Positions 40,757 to 54,877 of a stretch of 64,000 bases of DNA are shown here, in pieces (position 1 is the first letter of the stretch; each line of letters starts with the position of its first letter). The position numbers and the translations under genes were made by a program. Under the pieces are notes generated by a model, which was not told the origin of the DNA, searched no databases, and worked only from the letters and a program-made list of their open reading frames with translations. Origin of the DNA: Cycas panzhihuaensis (Eukaryota > Plantae > Cycadophyta); contig CM041465.1 in the NCBI GenBank assembly GCA_023213395.1, positions 114,707,741 through 114,771,740 on the forward strand, written 5' to 3'.

Positions 40757-43700
40757 TGTTAGATAATGTGACAACAATATTTTAGAGGCAAAAATTTTAA
40801 TAAGTTTGCAGTATGATTTCCTCCTAAACTTTCACAGGGAGGATCCAAGGGGGATGGGAGCCTCCTTTGGTCGGGGGGTACAGGAGGTGCCAGAACCCCC
40901 CCTCCCTCTCATAAAAACAAGATTCAGGGGTAGTAGCCCCCAACCCAAAAAGCTAGCACTGTAAAACATACTAGATTATAAAGAGAATTAGGGTTGTTTA
41001 TTCAAAATACCCCAGATTTGATAGTTGAGATTTGTACCTTATATGAATCTCTCATATAGCTCAATTTATAGTGTTTTTTTATTATGTTGATGATATTCAA
41101 TATATTAGATGTACTGTATTAAAAATAGACAGTTCATTGTTATTATTGTAAGCATTCTATTATAGATTATGCACATTTCTCCATCCTTGGATAATAAAGA
41201 TCAATACTTTTTCTATATAGATGTTTCTATAGTAAACTACTAAGGTTTTACTACATTATATCTGGTGTATATATGATGCTTTAGCTTTTTAATTTATTTA
41301 TTATATTATCTCTAGTTTTAAAATATGCATGTTAAATTTTAGTTTCAATTCCTATAACTATTTACAAAATAGTTTAGATCTTGGTGGCAGTTTTTAATTA
41401 TTAAGACCTAACTTTATCAATAAATAGTATCAGATCTACTTCTATTTTTGTAGTGAGTTTGTAAATGTTTTGATATTAGCTTTTTCTACACCAAATGGAA
41501 AATTTAGTAAATGCAAAGTTCGAGGTGGAGAAATTTAATGGCAAGAATAACTTCAAGTTGTAGAAGCTAAAAGTGTATAATGTTATGATATAATAAGGAT
41601 TGTACATAGCTCTAATAGGCAAATTGAAGAAACTCGCAGGGATGGACAATAACGAATAGGATGATCTGGATAAAAGGGCTCTTAGCATAATATAATTATT
41701 CTTGGCAGATAAAGTTATATTTAACATCACAGGGAAAAGACAGTAGCAGGATTATAGACTCAGTTGGAAGGCTTGTACATGACCAAATTAGTGACAAATA
41801 GAATCTACTTAAAAAGGTAGTTATACTCATTGTAGATAAAGGAAGGTACAAAAATTTCTAATCATTTAAATATTTTTAATACTCTTATTTGTCAGTTAGC
41901 TAGTATTGATATCATGATTGAGAATGAGGATAATGTTATTATCTTGTTATATTTATTACCAAAATCTTAGGATAATATTGTCATCTCAATTAGTTTTAGT
42001 ACTATAGATTAATTAGACTATGATTCTATTGTGAATTCTTTGCTGACAGAAGAGGTAATGAGGAAGTCTAGTCTTAAAAACTCCACACCAAAAGTAATGA
42101 CAGCAAGGGGCAAAATAATTAAGAGATGATAAAGCTCTAAGAACACATCAAGGTCAAAGTCAAAAGGTAAGAAGAGTAAGCTCAAATGTTGGAACTATAA
42201 TAAGACAAGTAACCTCAAAAAGGATTGCTACAAAAAGTAAGAGTTCTAAAAAAAGGAAGATCTTACCAAGGAGGTTAGTCAAGTGGAGTCAAATCAAGGT
42301 ATAGATGATGATGATATCTTGGTTACTTGTAATATTTTCCATTATCATCATGATTGGTTATTGGATTCAAGTGCTTTGCACCACGTATCTATACAAGAGT
42401 TAGTTTTTATCATATCAACCTCTTGATGGTGGTGATATAATTATGAGAAATGAAGTTTCTTGTAAGATGGTGGACATTGGTAGCATTAGAATTAAAATGT
42501 TCGATGGTATAGTGAGAATATTAGTTGAAGTTAGACATATACCTAATCTAAAAAGAAATCTAATTTCTTTAGGTGAACTAGATTCTAGCAGTTATAAGTT
42601 CACAGGTCATGAAAGAGTCTTAAAGGTGTCAAAGGGTGCATTGGTTGTTATAAAAGTCTTAAAGAAATAAAACCTTTATATTTTAGTAGGAAGTATAGAT
42701 GTCAACCATGCATCTACAGTATCAAAGATTGTAGAAGATCTAGCTTAATTATGGCATCAGAGACTTGGGCACATGAGTGAAATAAGACTTAAGATGTTAA
42801 TAAACTATAAGTTACTTCCTAACTTACAACTTTCAAATTTAATTTTTTATAAACATTATATTTTTAGAAAGTAGTGTAGACTTAAGTTCAAAGTAGAGAG
42901 TCACACTAGTAAAGGTCTTCTGAATTATATATATTCAAATATGTGGGGACTAATCCCTATAATATCTTATGGAGGATCATTATACTTTATCACATTTATA
43001 GATGATTATTCCAGAAATATATGGGTCTATTTTTTGAAAAGAAAATATAAAATTTTTAGTGTGTTTAAGTAGTTCAAGACTCTAGTTGAGAAGAGCATTG
43101 GTAGGTCAATCAAATATTTAAGAACTGATGATGGAGATGAGTTTAACTCCTTGGATTTTGAGAACTATTGTAGAGAAGTTGGCATCAAAAGACATAAGAT
43201 CACTAGTTATACTCTGTAGTAGAATAATATAGTTGAGCACATGAACAAAACACTCTTAGAAAGAGTAAGAAGCATACTAAATAATACAAGAGTGGAGTAG
43301 GGCTTATAGGTAGAAGTTATTCAGATAGCTTGTTATTTAGTAAACGAGTCACCATCATGTGTAATAGATTGTAAGATTCCTGAAGAAGTATAGACTATAC
43401 ATCTATGTGACTATTCAAATTTGAAAGTTTGTTGTTTTGATACTTATGCCTTGACTAATAAAAGTTAACATTTAAAGTTAGACATGAAATCTAAGAGACG
43501 TATCTTTCTTGGTTATGGTAATAGAGATGGTGTGAAGGGATACACGCTGTGGGATCCTACTACCTACAAAATCACTATTAATAGAGATATTTTATTTGGT
43601 GAATCTCCCTTTTTAAAATCAAATAATATAGAAGTTGAAGTGAAATAGGAGTAGAAAGTTGAATATCAATAGGTCAAGCTTGAGACCTAACCATCTTTAG

Positions 43701-46700
43701 AAACAAAAAAGTAAGAAGAGGTTTCTAAAGATGAATTTGTAGTAGATTTATAGGAGTATATAAACACTTCTCTGACTACTGTTAGAAAATCTATATGAGC
43801 TAGTCATCCACTTGATAGGTATAGACATTCTATTTATATTACTTTAGTTTCTAATGATGGTAAGCCTACATGCTATTAAGAAGCAATAGATGATATCCAT
43901 AGTGAGAAGTGGAAGAGGGCTATGCAAGAAGAGATAGATGCTTTGAAGAAAAATAATCTATGGGACATGGTAGAACTTCTATATGGCAGGAAGACTATTG
44001 GTTACATGTAGGTTTTCAAGAAGAAAATAGATGTTGATAGAAAGATAGATAAATACAAGGCAAGACTAGTGGCTAAAGGCTTTGCATAGAAAACATGTAT
44101 TGATTTTCATCAGATTTTTTTCCCAATTATTAAACTTTTTTCAATTTGAGTTCTATTATCATTAATAGCTTCTCTTGATTTAGAGTTGGAGCAGTTAGAT
44201 GTAAAAATAATTTTTTTGTGTGGAGATTTAGATGAGGAAATCTATATGGATCAGCCAAAAAGGTTTGTATAGGATGACAAGAAAATACTTATTTGCAGGT
44301 CAGGAAATCATTGTATAACCCAAAGTAATCACCCAGGCAATGGTATAAAATGTTTGATGCCTTCATGGAGAGCTAAAATATTAAAAGAAGTGAGTATGAT
44401 CATTGTGTTTACTTTAAATTTTTAGACAATGGTTTATTCATTATCTTGATATGATGGATGTTAATGTATTAAGATTATTAAATTAATTATATGAAGGTGA
44501 CTTTAGGTTAGCTAAGTCACATAGTTAAATGTAATTTCATTTACATTTATGTATAATTTTAGGATCATGCCATTAAGAGAAAAACTCCTTTGAAAATCCT
44601 AATGTATATCCTCTATTATATAAGGTTGAATGTGAAAGGGAGAGTCATAATTCTCACCTCTCATTTTTGCTCTCAATCTTGTTCTCTTCATTTTACTCTT
44701 ATTATGTATCATTGCTTTAATATAATAGAGTGTGGCCACTGGATCCTTCACCCAACAACTAGTATTAGAGCTATTATTGGTTGTATTTCCCTACTAGGCT
44801 TGCACGAAGCCACTACTGCCTCTCACTCATAATTCATGTGAGTTTGAGAGCTTATTTGAGAACTTTCTTTTATAGTAGAGAGCTTAAAATTATATTATTT
44901 TAAATATTATTAATTTCTCTATGTGTGCAAAATTTTAGAGGTAAAAAATTTAGATTTTTGAAGCCGTTTAGTTGTTAGAACAACCCTAAAAGCATTGAAG
45001 GCCTAAAATTTTATGAAAATTTTAACCATCTTAGATTTTTATGAAATTTGATAGGTAGGGTCATCCTTCTAAGAGGATCATTTTTATCTTCTAGAGTAGC
45101 TTCAGATTCAGTCTACAACAATGAATTTTAGCTCAAATAAAAGGTCAAAATTTATAAATGAGTGACTTATTCCACTTTTCTCAATGAAATTCTTTAAACA
45201 TGAGCTAAAAATCTAAAAGTTTATTTGAGGGATCTAATAGATTTATGTCTCTAGAGTATTCTGAGATAAATCTTATCAAAGTTCATCTATTAGTTAATGA
45301 GATCTTTTTAGTTTTTTTATGGATGTTGAATTTGCCTTCTCAACCCCACAAAAATTATTGTGAAGGCATTTTGGGTAGTTTTTTGAATATTTTTAAAGAT
45401 GATGTAGAAGGAAAAGTTGATATACATGTCAAGATGAAGCTTTTGACATATTGAAGTTTGGATTATGAGATAATGAATCTAACAAGATTGTACTTTTGTG
45501 TTTTTTTTAGACAAAAAATTTTTTATACCTTTTCATAAATTTAACTTCACTATCTTATCAAAAATGACATTTTAAACACTTTTTTCTTCTATCATAAATT
45601 TAAATTCCATTATTTAGGCCTCTATATTTGTAATTTTTAGAAATTTTTACCTATTTATTATTATTTGTAAGGTTTGTAGAAAAAAATCATAAAATAAGAT
45701 AAAATAACATGCATCTAAATATATAAAAATTAGCATTCTAGTGGTAAGTTAATCATCTTTTTGGCTCTTTATGGCTTTTATATTAAAATTTCTAAAAATA
45801 TATTTAGAAACATTATACTAAAGCAAGGGAAAACTTAGATCAAAAGAAACATTTAGTTCCTCTACTAAATATAGCATACTCTTTCTATGTTTACACATAG
45901 TATAAAGTAATACATAAAGCAGTAGCAATAACAAAATAGGCACGAAAGATAAGCAAGCATATTTAACATCTTCTATTTTAATTTTCAGTTATTTAGAAAT
46001 AACATACATTATTTCCTAGAAGGAATCTCATCAATATGACTTATACTGCCAGTTCTTGACTTGTATGCACACTCGCCTTAATTGAAATAGACTACAGTTG
46101 GTCGAAGCCTAAGCCCTAAGTGGGGTGTGAGTTTTATACTAGGTCTAGTCTTAATCGAAATAGTAGTGAAGGGACAAGTTAGCTATACCTACGACCCCTA
46201 ATCAGAGATAGTCCTAATAACCACCCAGGAAAACTAAAAACTTTAATTAAAATTAAAATATACCCAATCCAATATACGTCATAGCTATGGGATATACACA
46301 TACTATTTAACTCTTTGGAGGAGGTATATAGTTGCTCAATGGTGAATTAGGTAAATATTAGGGGTACTTAGGCTCTATTATAACTTAGATTTCATCACTA
46401 AGCACAGATATGAGTATTGCGGGTGAAGGTCCTAATACATATACTAGAAGCCCCCTTAGGCATCAGCACCTCAACTACTTTAGATTTGAAATAGAGGTTT
46501 AGGTTTGATCATAAATCCTATATCAGACTTAGTTTTTTAATTGTATGCACCTATATACCAACTTTTACATGGACATAATCTTGATTTGATGATCACATGA
46601 AACATCATTTATCCTTGTGATCCTTATATTGCTATTTGTATACATCATCAAACCCTACTATGTCAGGAGTACTTTCCATAAGTGTTAGTAGCCTATTATC

Positions 46701-49700
46701 ATTGCTTACTTCTTAATCATATTCCATCCCTTCTATGTCAGGTGTACTAGTCACATATGTCAATAGTATATACTTCTATCTTCTCTTCTACTTCTTTATC
46801 ATTACCATATCATCTCAATTCAAGAAGAATGTTAACTGCATATTGAAAGGTAAAGAAAATTGATATTTATGGTATATTAGAGTTAAAAATGTTGCAAAAT
46901 ATGAAGGTCTTTAGAGAGCCCACTTGTAGCCTACACCCATCATACCTATAACAACTATAGCACTTGCTTCTAATAGAACAGCTCCAACAAGTCCTACAGA
47001 TGCCACAACTAAACTATAATGGAAGATAAATTATGAAAAGATTCATGTAGAAATTTTGTTGGTTACTAATCACTTCTTGCATAACTTAATTAATTAAAAG
47101 CAACATAATGCAACCTGGAAGGTCCTTTAAGTTTTCAAGAAGAACTTTGATATCAAGTTAAACTTAGAATTTGTTCATCTTGTTTTGAAAATGAACAAAT
47201 TAAAAATGCAGATGGGATGAACTCATGAGACAATAAATCTCCTTTGACCAATAAAATAGGAAATTGATAAATATTTTAAGACCCAATGCAGTACTTGGGT
47301 ATTTTTGATCCAATCAAGTCTACATGTCTCTGATTATAAAAACTTGTTTAGAAGTCTTCAATCTAGTGGAACATTGAAGGCACTCAATTTTAAAGCGCTT
47401 GTTGAGAAGTTTATAAAATTTAATAAGACCTTTGATACCAACTTTGTAGCCTCTAACTCTCTTCTAGATACATCCTTTAAGGTGGAAGAAGGAGCTTGCT
47501 ACACAAAGAATCAAGGTCCCTCTCATAATAGAGAAAATAATCGAGTAAGAAAAAGAGAAAGAAACATGGGAAATCAGCCATAAGGTCAACAAAACCCTCA
47601 ACAATAATAGCCTAGACAATCTTAAGGCCAAGCACCACCTTTTAATGTAAGATAGTTAGGCCAAACTAGTACTTCATAAACTAGAAATCAAATTATCATG
47701 TGTGAAAGGTGCAATAGGAAAAGACACCTTACAAAGGATTATCATATACCTATATACAAGTTGCCTAAGTTTCAACAGAAATACAAGGCTTACAATGTTG
47801 ATGAAACATATGAAGAATAGTTTGGTAGCACAGGTTTTACTTAAGCACATATTCAAAGACTTGAGGGAGGAACCATTAATCAAACTTAAAGGTATTTTGA
47901 AGTCCATTGTGGCTATGCCACTTGTGATCTTGAATCACCAATACAAACCCCTCTTAGAGTTTTAAATAGCATAACTTCAAACACCCCCTCATAGATCATG
48001 GATACAAGAGCGACATAGCATATGACCTGTAATCAAGATCTATATCAAACTTTTGATTCTAATATATATGATGTCATTCACATGGATGACAAATCCCAAT
48101 AAACAGATGAAGGTATTAGAAACATACACCTAAAAGTCCCAGGCTTAAGAGACTTTACATTACTTGATGTCTTGTATATTCCTAATCTAAAACAAAACCT
48201 ACTCTCCTAATCCACTCTTATCTCTTATGGATTCGATCTTAGTATTATTGAAAATAACTAAACTCTTTAAGTCGTTCACCCTCTAACAAATCAAGTGGTC
48301 TTGACTAAAAAGCTTACTGATAAATTATTTAAGTTAAATAACTCCCCATCTTTTGAAGCTAATTATGCTCAAAGCCCTTGTGTTGATAAAGACTTTACTT
48401 TTAATACCACTTTGACATACCCTAAGCTGTCCCTAAAAGCTCTTTGGCATGCTCATATGGACCATATTCATATCACTCGAATTAGAGATCTTTGTCATAC
48501 CCTTCTAGCTCTACACAAGTTCTCCTCCAAGCCCTTTAAATATGAAGCATGTATCATAATCAAATCTCATAGACAGCCCTTTACTGATAATTAGTGAAAA
48601 TCAAGTCATTCTCTTCAATCGATACACTCTGATCTATATGAACTAATGCCTATTCCATCATTGAAGCAAAAATTATATTATATATCCTTCATTGATGATT
48701 TTACTAGGAAAGTATGGGTGGCTTTTCTAACTAGGAAAGATAAGACATTTGGTATCTTTAAAGTTTTTAAAATTGGTACTAAAAAGGAGTCAAGTTATCA
48801 AATTAAGTGTCTATAAATAGATAATGGTAGAGAATATACCTATATTAAATTTAAAATCTATCTACGAGACAATGGCATCAAGCACTATACTATAATAACA
48901 AGCACCCCCCAACAGACTAGAGTTGTTGAGTGCATGAATAGGTCTATTATAAATATAGCTCGAGCTACATTGGTTTATAAAAATATACCTACTTACCTAT
49001 GGGTAAAAGTAATTTGGATAGTTGTTTATTGTATGAATAATGTCAGCCCATCTAAAAGAGGAACTTCTCCTAATGAAAAGTGGACTAGATAGGCCCCTAC
49101 TACCTACCACTTCAAAATATTATGCTCAACATGTTATACCTATATATTTGATGAAGATAGAAATAAACTCCAACCTAGGGCACTTAAAGACATCTTTTTT
49201 AGATACCCTATGGACAAGAAAAGATACAAGGTTTTTATACCTTCACAACGGAAGATTATCATCACCAGAGATGTGGTGTTTACTAAAACAAATAATCAAT
49301 TACTATAATTAGACTCCAAAACACCAAACTATCATTATTATGATACTACTCAATATGATGTATAGAATCCAAAATTTAGGGAGGGGAGATACTCAAGAGT
49401 TACTCGAACTATTAGAATCCAATAATAGATCCATGGAGGATAGTAGTTATGATTCTCAATGAATAAGTGTACATCATGCACCACCATTCAAGAATAGAAG
49501 AGTTGACAAAGGTAAAGTAGTGGCAGATGGACTATGCTCCTCAGATGTATTAACATCCTCCTCAATAAATATGCAAAATAATCTTTTTTAGAATCTAAAC
49601 AAAGACCATGTAATTGGAGAAATGAAGATCTCATTCCTAACTTAAGGTTCTCGTAAAACTCACCAACTAAATAAGGATATAGTCCATAGGATTTGAGAAC

Positions 49701-52276
49701 TAGTTCATGATGGCACAATTTAATTGGAGTATTGCCCCACAGTAGATCAAGTGGTTGATATCTTCAAAAACTATTATAAGTGGTAAAGTTTAAATAGTTC
49801 TATAGGGAGCTCAACCTTCAGGCCTCCATCTCTGACTGGTTAGAGGAGATTATAATGGGATCTTTATACTCTATTCCATTCATGAAAATCTCTTATGAGT
49901 ATGAAAAAATAAGAGTAAGTCTCTACTCTATCCTATTTATGAAAACCCCTTGTAGGCATGGAAGGATAAGGGTTTGTACTAGTCTTAGAAAATTAGAACT
50001 TGTGAAAACCCGAAAGGGCATGGGGGATGACCAAATAGTATATGGAGACTCAGTAGATCAAGACACATATTTAAGCTGCTTAACTATCAGGCTACATCAA
50101 TAGCCACCTTAGCCATTTTGACTTAAGGGGCTAAAGATCTTAGAAATTTCGTGGGTTTTTATTCCCCATGAGGGCTTTTCCATAAAAGTGTTAATGTAAT
50201 AATGAGGGTCAAATGAAGACCTCATAGAATAGATTTTATCATAATGACCTTTTATCATTAAAGAGAGGATTGATGGAGGATTAATGTATCAAGGTCATTA
50301 AATTAATTATATAAAGGTGACTTTAGGTTAACTAATTCACATAGTTAAATGTAATTGCATTTACATTTATATGTAATATTAGGATCATGTTATTAGGCAG
50401 GAAACTCCTTTAGAAACCTTAATACATATTTTTTGTTATATAAGGTTGAATATGAAAGGAATAGTCATAATTCTCACCTCTCATATTTTCTCTCAATCTT
50501 ATTCTCTTTATTTTACTTTTATTATATGTCATTAGTTTAGTGTAGTGGAGTATGGCCACTAGATCCTTCACCTAACATGGTATTATATGTTGATGACATG
50601 CTGGTTACAAGAAAGAGTATGGAAAAAATCAATAAGTCAAAGGCTCAGTTGGCTAGGACTTTTAATATGAAGCATCTAGGAGCTATAAAATAAATCTTAG
50701 GCATGGAGATACATAGAGATAAGAAAAATGGTAAGATATGGTTAGCACGGTAAAAATATGTAGAGAAGGTACTAACCAGATTTAGTATGACAAATGTGAA
50801 ACTAGTTAGTATCATGTTGGCTTCCTATTTCAAGCTTTCCTCAAGTATGAGTCTTAGTAGTGAAGAAGAAAAGGATTATATATCTTGTGTACCTTATGTC
50901 ATTATAATAGGAAGTTTGATATACTCCATGGTATGTACAAGACCTAACATTTCATATATAGTTAATGTAGTTAGTAAGTTTATGGCAAATCTAGGAAAGG
51001 AACATTCGATAGTAATAAAATAGGTGCTTTGGTATTTGAGAGGCACAAGTGACTATTGCATCATCTTTAGTGGTACAAGTAATCAAGTTTATGGATATAT
51101 TAATTTAAAATTTACAAGAGATTTAGATAAGAGAATGTCTACTTCACATTATATATTTACTCTTACAAATGGTCCAATTAGTTAGATGTCAAAATTTTAG
51201 AATATAATTGCATTATCGACTATAGAAGTAGAATATGTTGCTAGAGCACATACTTGTAAGAAAGCAATCTAGTTGTAGAGTTTATTAGTTGAGCATGGAA
51301 GAAAACAAAAAAAGGTAAAGGTATTTTGTAACAATCAAAGTGCTATTTACTTAGCAAAGAATCCAACTTATTATAGTAGGATGAAGCATATTGCTCTTTA
51401 GTACCATTTTATTAGACAAGTTATGGAAGTAGATGGAGTGACACTTGAGAAGGTTAACATATAATAAAATTGTATTGACATGCTTATAAAACTAGTACTA
51501 TTAGAGAAGTTCAAATGGTGCTTAACTTCTCTTGGTTTATAGAAAAGGTGATGAATGGTCCAAGAAAGGTATCAAGTAAATTGTTGTTAAAGTGGAGATT
51601 ATTAGATAATGTGATAACAATGTTTCAAAGGCAAAAAATTTGATAAGTTGGTAGCACGATTTCTCCCTAAACTTTCGTAGGGGTATCTAAGGGGGACAGA
51701 AGCCCCCCTTAGCTAGGGGTGGGGGTGAGGGTGCTAGAACGCCCCCCCTCCCCCCCACCCCCACGTAAAGAGGGGGTTCATAGGTGATAGCCCCCAACCC
51801 AAAAAGCTAGCACTGTAAAACATACTAAATTGTAAAGAGAATCGGGATTGTTTATTCAAAATATCCCATATTTAATGATCGAGATTTGTGCCTTATATGA
51901 CTCTCTTATATAGCCTGATTTATGGTGTTTTTTCATTATGTTGATGGTATTTAATATATTAAATATACTATATTAAGAAGAGGCAACTAGTTATTATTGC
52001 TATAAGCATTCTATTATAGATTATATATATTTCTCCATTCTTGGATAATAAAGATCGATACATTTCCTATGTGGATGTTTCCCTAGCATACTGCTAGAGT
52101 TTTACAATATTATATCTGATGTATATATGATGATTTGGCTTTCTAATTTATTTATTCTATGATCTCTAGTTTAAGAACTTTCATGTTAAATTTCAGTTTC
52201 AATTCATATAACTAGTTGCAAAATAGTTTAGATCTTGGTGGCAATTTCTGGATATTAGGACCTAATTTTCTCAACA
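40757..52276 (+). mobile_element. Tork-like copia C (same family as copy 1), interrupted by copia D
   Basis: LTRs 40757-41422 and 51600-52276; TSD AGTTT/AGCTT; PBS TAGTATCAGATC 41425-41436; internal region collinear with 53-4096; RT split just before LYVDDM. Confidence 0.94.
44452..50577 (+). mobile_element. Copia D with long leader, lacking RT (non-autonomous)
   Basis: LTRs 44452-44757 and 50271-50577; TSD TGATA/TGGTA; PBS TAGTATTAGAGC 44760-44771; gag ~46800-47750, protease IMDTRAT.HMT ~47995, integrase 48440-49285, RNase H tail LEYCPTVDQVVDIF ~49725; PPT AAAGAGAGGAT. Confidence 0.9.
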
Positions 52277-52891
52277 AGCTTGATGACAAGCAGCATCTTT
52301 AAATCGAGGTTGCAATCACTAGAATTCTAACTATCGAGTACGTGAGAATTGAGTATTATCCTAATGAGTAGCTGAGGGTCTATTTGCTACAAATTCGGCC
52401 TCTACTACTCAATCCTATTTGAATGTATCTTTAAGGGAGTAGATTGCCATTATCGTTAGTCTCATCTAAATACGATCTTGGAGTCCATCCACATAGATAT
52501 TAATTATTGTTTATTTATCTAAGTTTTTTCTTTGTGGCAAGTGATTATACAAAGCTTAAAATTTATTAGTATAAGCCTCCATTATTATAGTCTATTTAAG
52601 CTAAGTAAGTTACATGAAAAAAGATTGACTCCATGTATCCTTATATTATTCAAAGAAATAGTTAGTAAAGTGGGACCATATTAAGTGGGAAGGATATTCT
52701 TATTTCTACTAGTTGAACCAATGGTGGGCTCATCCATCTAGGTGGATGGAAGCATATAAGAGTTGATCCTCCTTTCACATTGGGTAGAGTATGAAATAAG
52801 ATCCTAACTTATTAATTTAGCTTCAAGTTCCTTATTCACATCTAGATCGAAGGTAAGAATATTAATTTTATAAAAGAAATGTTGCCTTGGT

Positions 52892-53537
52892 TATTGGGTA
52901 ATGTGACAACAATGATTAGGAGGCTAAAATTTTGATACGTTGGCAGTGTAGTTTTCCCTCCATACCTTCATTGGGAGGTTCCAAGGGGGGCGGGAGTCCC
53001 CCTTAGCTAGGGGGATGCGGGGGGCATGGAATACCCCCCACAAAGAGGGGGTTTAGGGGCAATAGCCCCTAACCTAAAAATTTAGCACTGAAAGTATATT
53101 AAATTGTAAAGAGAATCGAGGTCGTTTGCTAAAAATACCTTAGATTCTATGGTTGAGATTTGTGCCTTGGATGACCCTCTCATGTAGCTCGATTTAGGGA
53201 ACTTTTCATTTATGTTGATGGTATTCAATGCACTGCAAGTGGGGGTGGCTAGTTGTTGTTGCTGTAAGCACTTTGCTATAGGATTATGTACATTTTCTCC
53301 ATTCTATAACAATAAAGATCGATACCTTTCCTATGTAGATGTTTCCCTCACACACTAATGGGGTTTTACCATGTTATATCAAGTGTATCTATAATGCTTA
53401 GCTTTCTTGTTCATTTTATTGTTTTACCTCTAGTTTAAGAACTTGTATGTAATTTTTAGTTTTGATTTCTGTAACTAGTTGTAAAATAATTTAGATCTTA
53501 GTGGCAGTTTAAGGGTTGGGACCTTATCTTCTCAACA
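52892..53537 (+). mobile_element. Solo LTR of the Tork-like family (646 bp)
   Basis: Homologous to 4097-4742 end to end; perfect TSD TTGGT (52887-52891 / 53538-53542); no PBS or PPT. Confidence 0.93.
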
Positions 53538-54269
53538 TTGGTGGAGAACCTCCTATACTTACATTGCTTCCTTAAAAAATGGGAGGCCGGTTGCCTATTA
53601 TATGAGAAGTGCCTCTGTTGTGGAGTTGGGATTGCAATAGTTATTAGATTTATGCCATGATTTCTTTTTCTATACCCTCGAGACTTGATTTAGTAGGAAT
53701 GCCCTTGAACCTACTAATGACATCTTGCTTGAAGTTGATGAAGTCAGTGGTTAACTTACTAATTCTTTCTCCTTGTGTTTTTGCCATTGGAGCTGTAGAA
53801 GGGGTATACAAAAGTGGGAAATAGTAGAAAAAATAGAAATTGATGAAGTGGGACAAATCAAGAAAGAATAGGATATAAAGACAAAGGAGTTATTATGAGG
53901 GAGAGAAGGGGTAAATAGGGGGGTGGGGTGTCTAAGCCTATTGACCCCAAAAATTACATAAACAAGATATTTGCCACATTAAAAAGAGTGCAAAAGGCTC
54001 ATCTAAATGGGATATATGAAATTTAAGGTGGTGAGGCCCACCAATGACCTAGGTACTAAACAATATAAAAATTACTTACACAAACAAACCTAGCGTAAAC
54101 TGACCACTATGATGTGTTGATCAAAATAAGGTATATGAGTTGTAAAGGTAATTTTTAGCTATGAACTTGCACCATGAAGAGTGACTAAGTGGAGTTCTTT
54201 TTTTCTTTTCTTTTTTTTGTAAGTTTAACTGTGCTAATAGGTTCTAAATTTAGGCAATAAGTAGAAATT

Positions 54270-54270
<1 letters not shown>

Positions 54271-54306
<36 letters not shown>
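54271..54306. repeat. (CT)n microsatellite
   Basis: About 18 CT units. Confidence 0.95.
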
Positions 54307-54307
<1 letters not shown>

Positions 54308-54747
54308 ATATGAGGTGGCTTGCAATCTTAATTAGGAAATGGAGTAGGTGAAGTAGGGTATAAAATAATCAAATATGTCCTACCAACTACTAGATAATAT
54401 ATGCTTGGCCTTATAGGCCTTTTAATAAACTTATGATATAGAAGTTCGAGGCAAGTAGTCTCATGGTGCTAATTATTAACCACTACACTATAAAACTTTA
54501 GCGACTCATAGTTTACCTATGCTAGGAAGGGATATGGGACCTAAAAGGGGTCCTCCTATATACTCGAAGATACATAGAGGTATAGTTCTATATCTAGGTT
54601 CTGTCTAAGGCTTAGTTTAATAGTATTATCTCTAGTCCTTCATGGAAGGGGCAAAAAAACCACAATGCACTTAGCCAGAATGATAAACCCCTATGATTTT
54701 TAAAGGTCCCCTGTATAGGATCTCTACCTAACTACTTGGATATCCAC

Positions 54748-54877
54748 CCAGTAGTGTTATCTACCTAGGAAAGAGAGGTAGGAGCGAGAAAAGATAGCTT
54801 TCCAATAGTGTTATCTACCTGAGAAAGAAAGGTGAGAGGGAGAAAAGGATAACTGCCCAGTAGTGTTATCTACCTTT
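54748..54877. repeat. ~54 bp tandem repeat x2.4 in the leader of element B
   Basis: CCA(G/A)TAGTGTTATCTACCT three times with purine-rich linkers. Confidence 0.85.

Noticed and set aside
53650-53856. 68 aa ORF as a host gene
   Set aside because: N-terminus of element B gag, positionally equivalent to ~31990 in element E
54748-54877. Repeat-spacer-like pattern, CRISPR-like (also 62311-62420 and 10784-11075)
   Set aside because: Spacers resemble one another, there are few units, no cas genes, and the context is eukaryotic TE: ordinary tandem repeats
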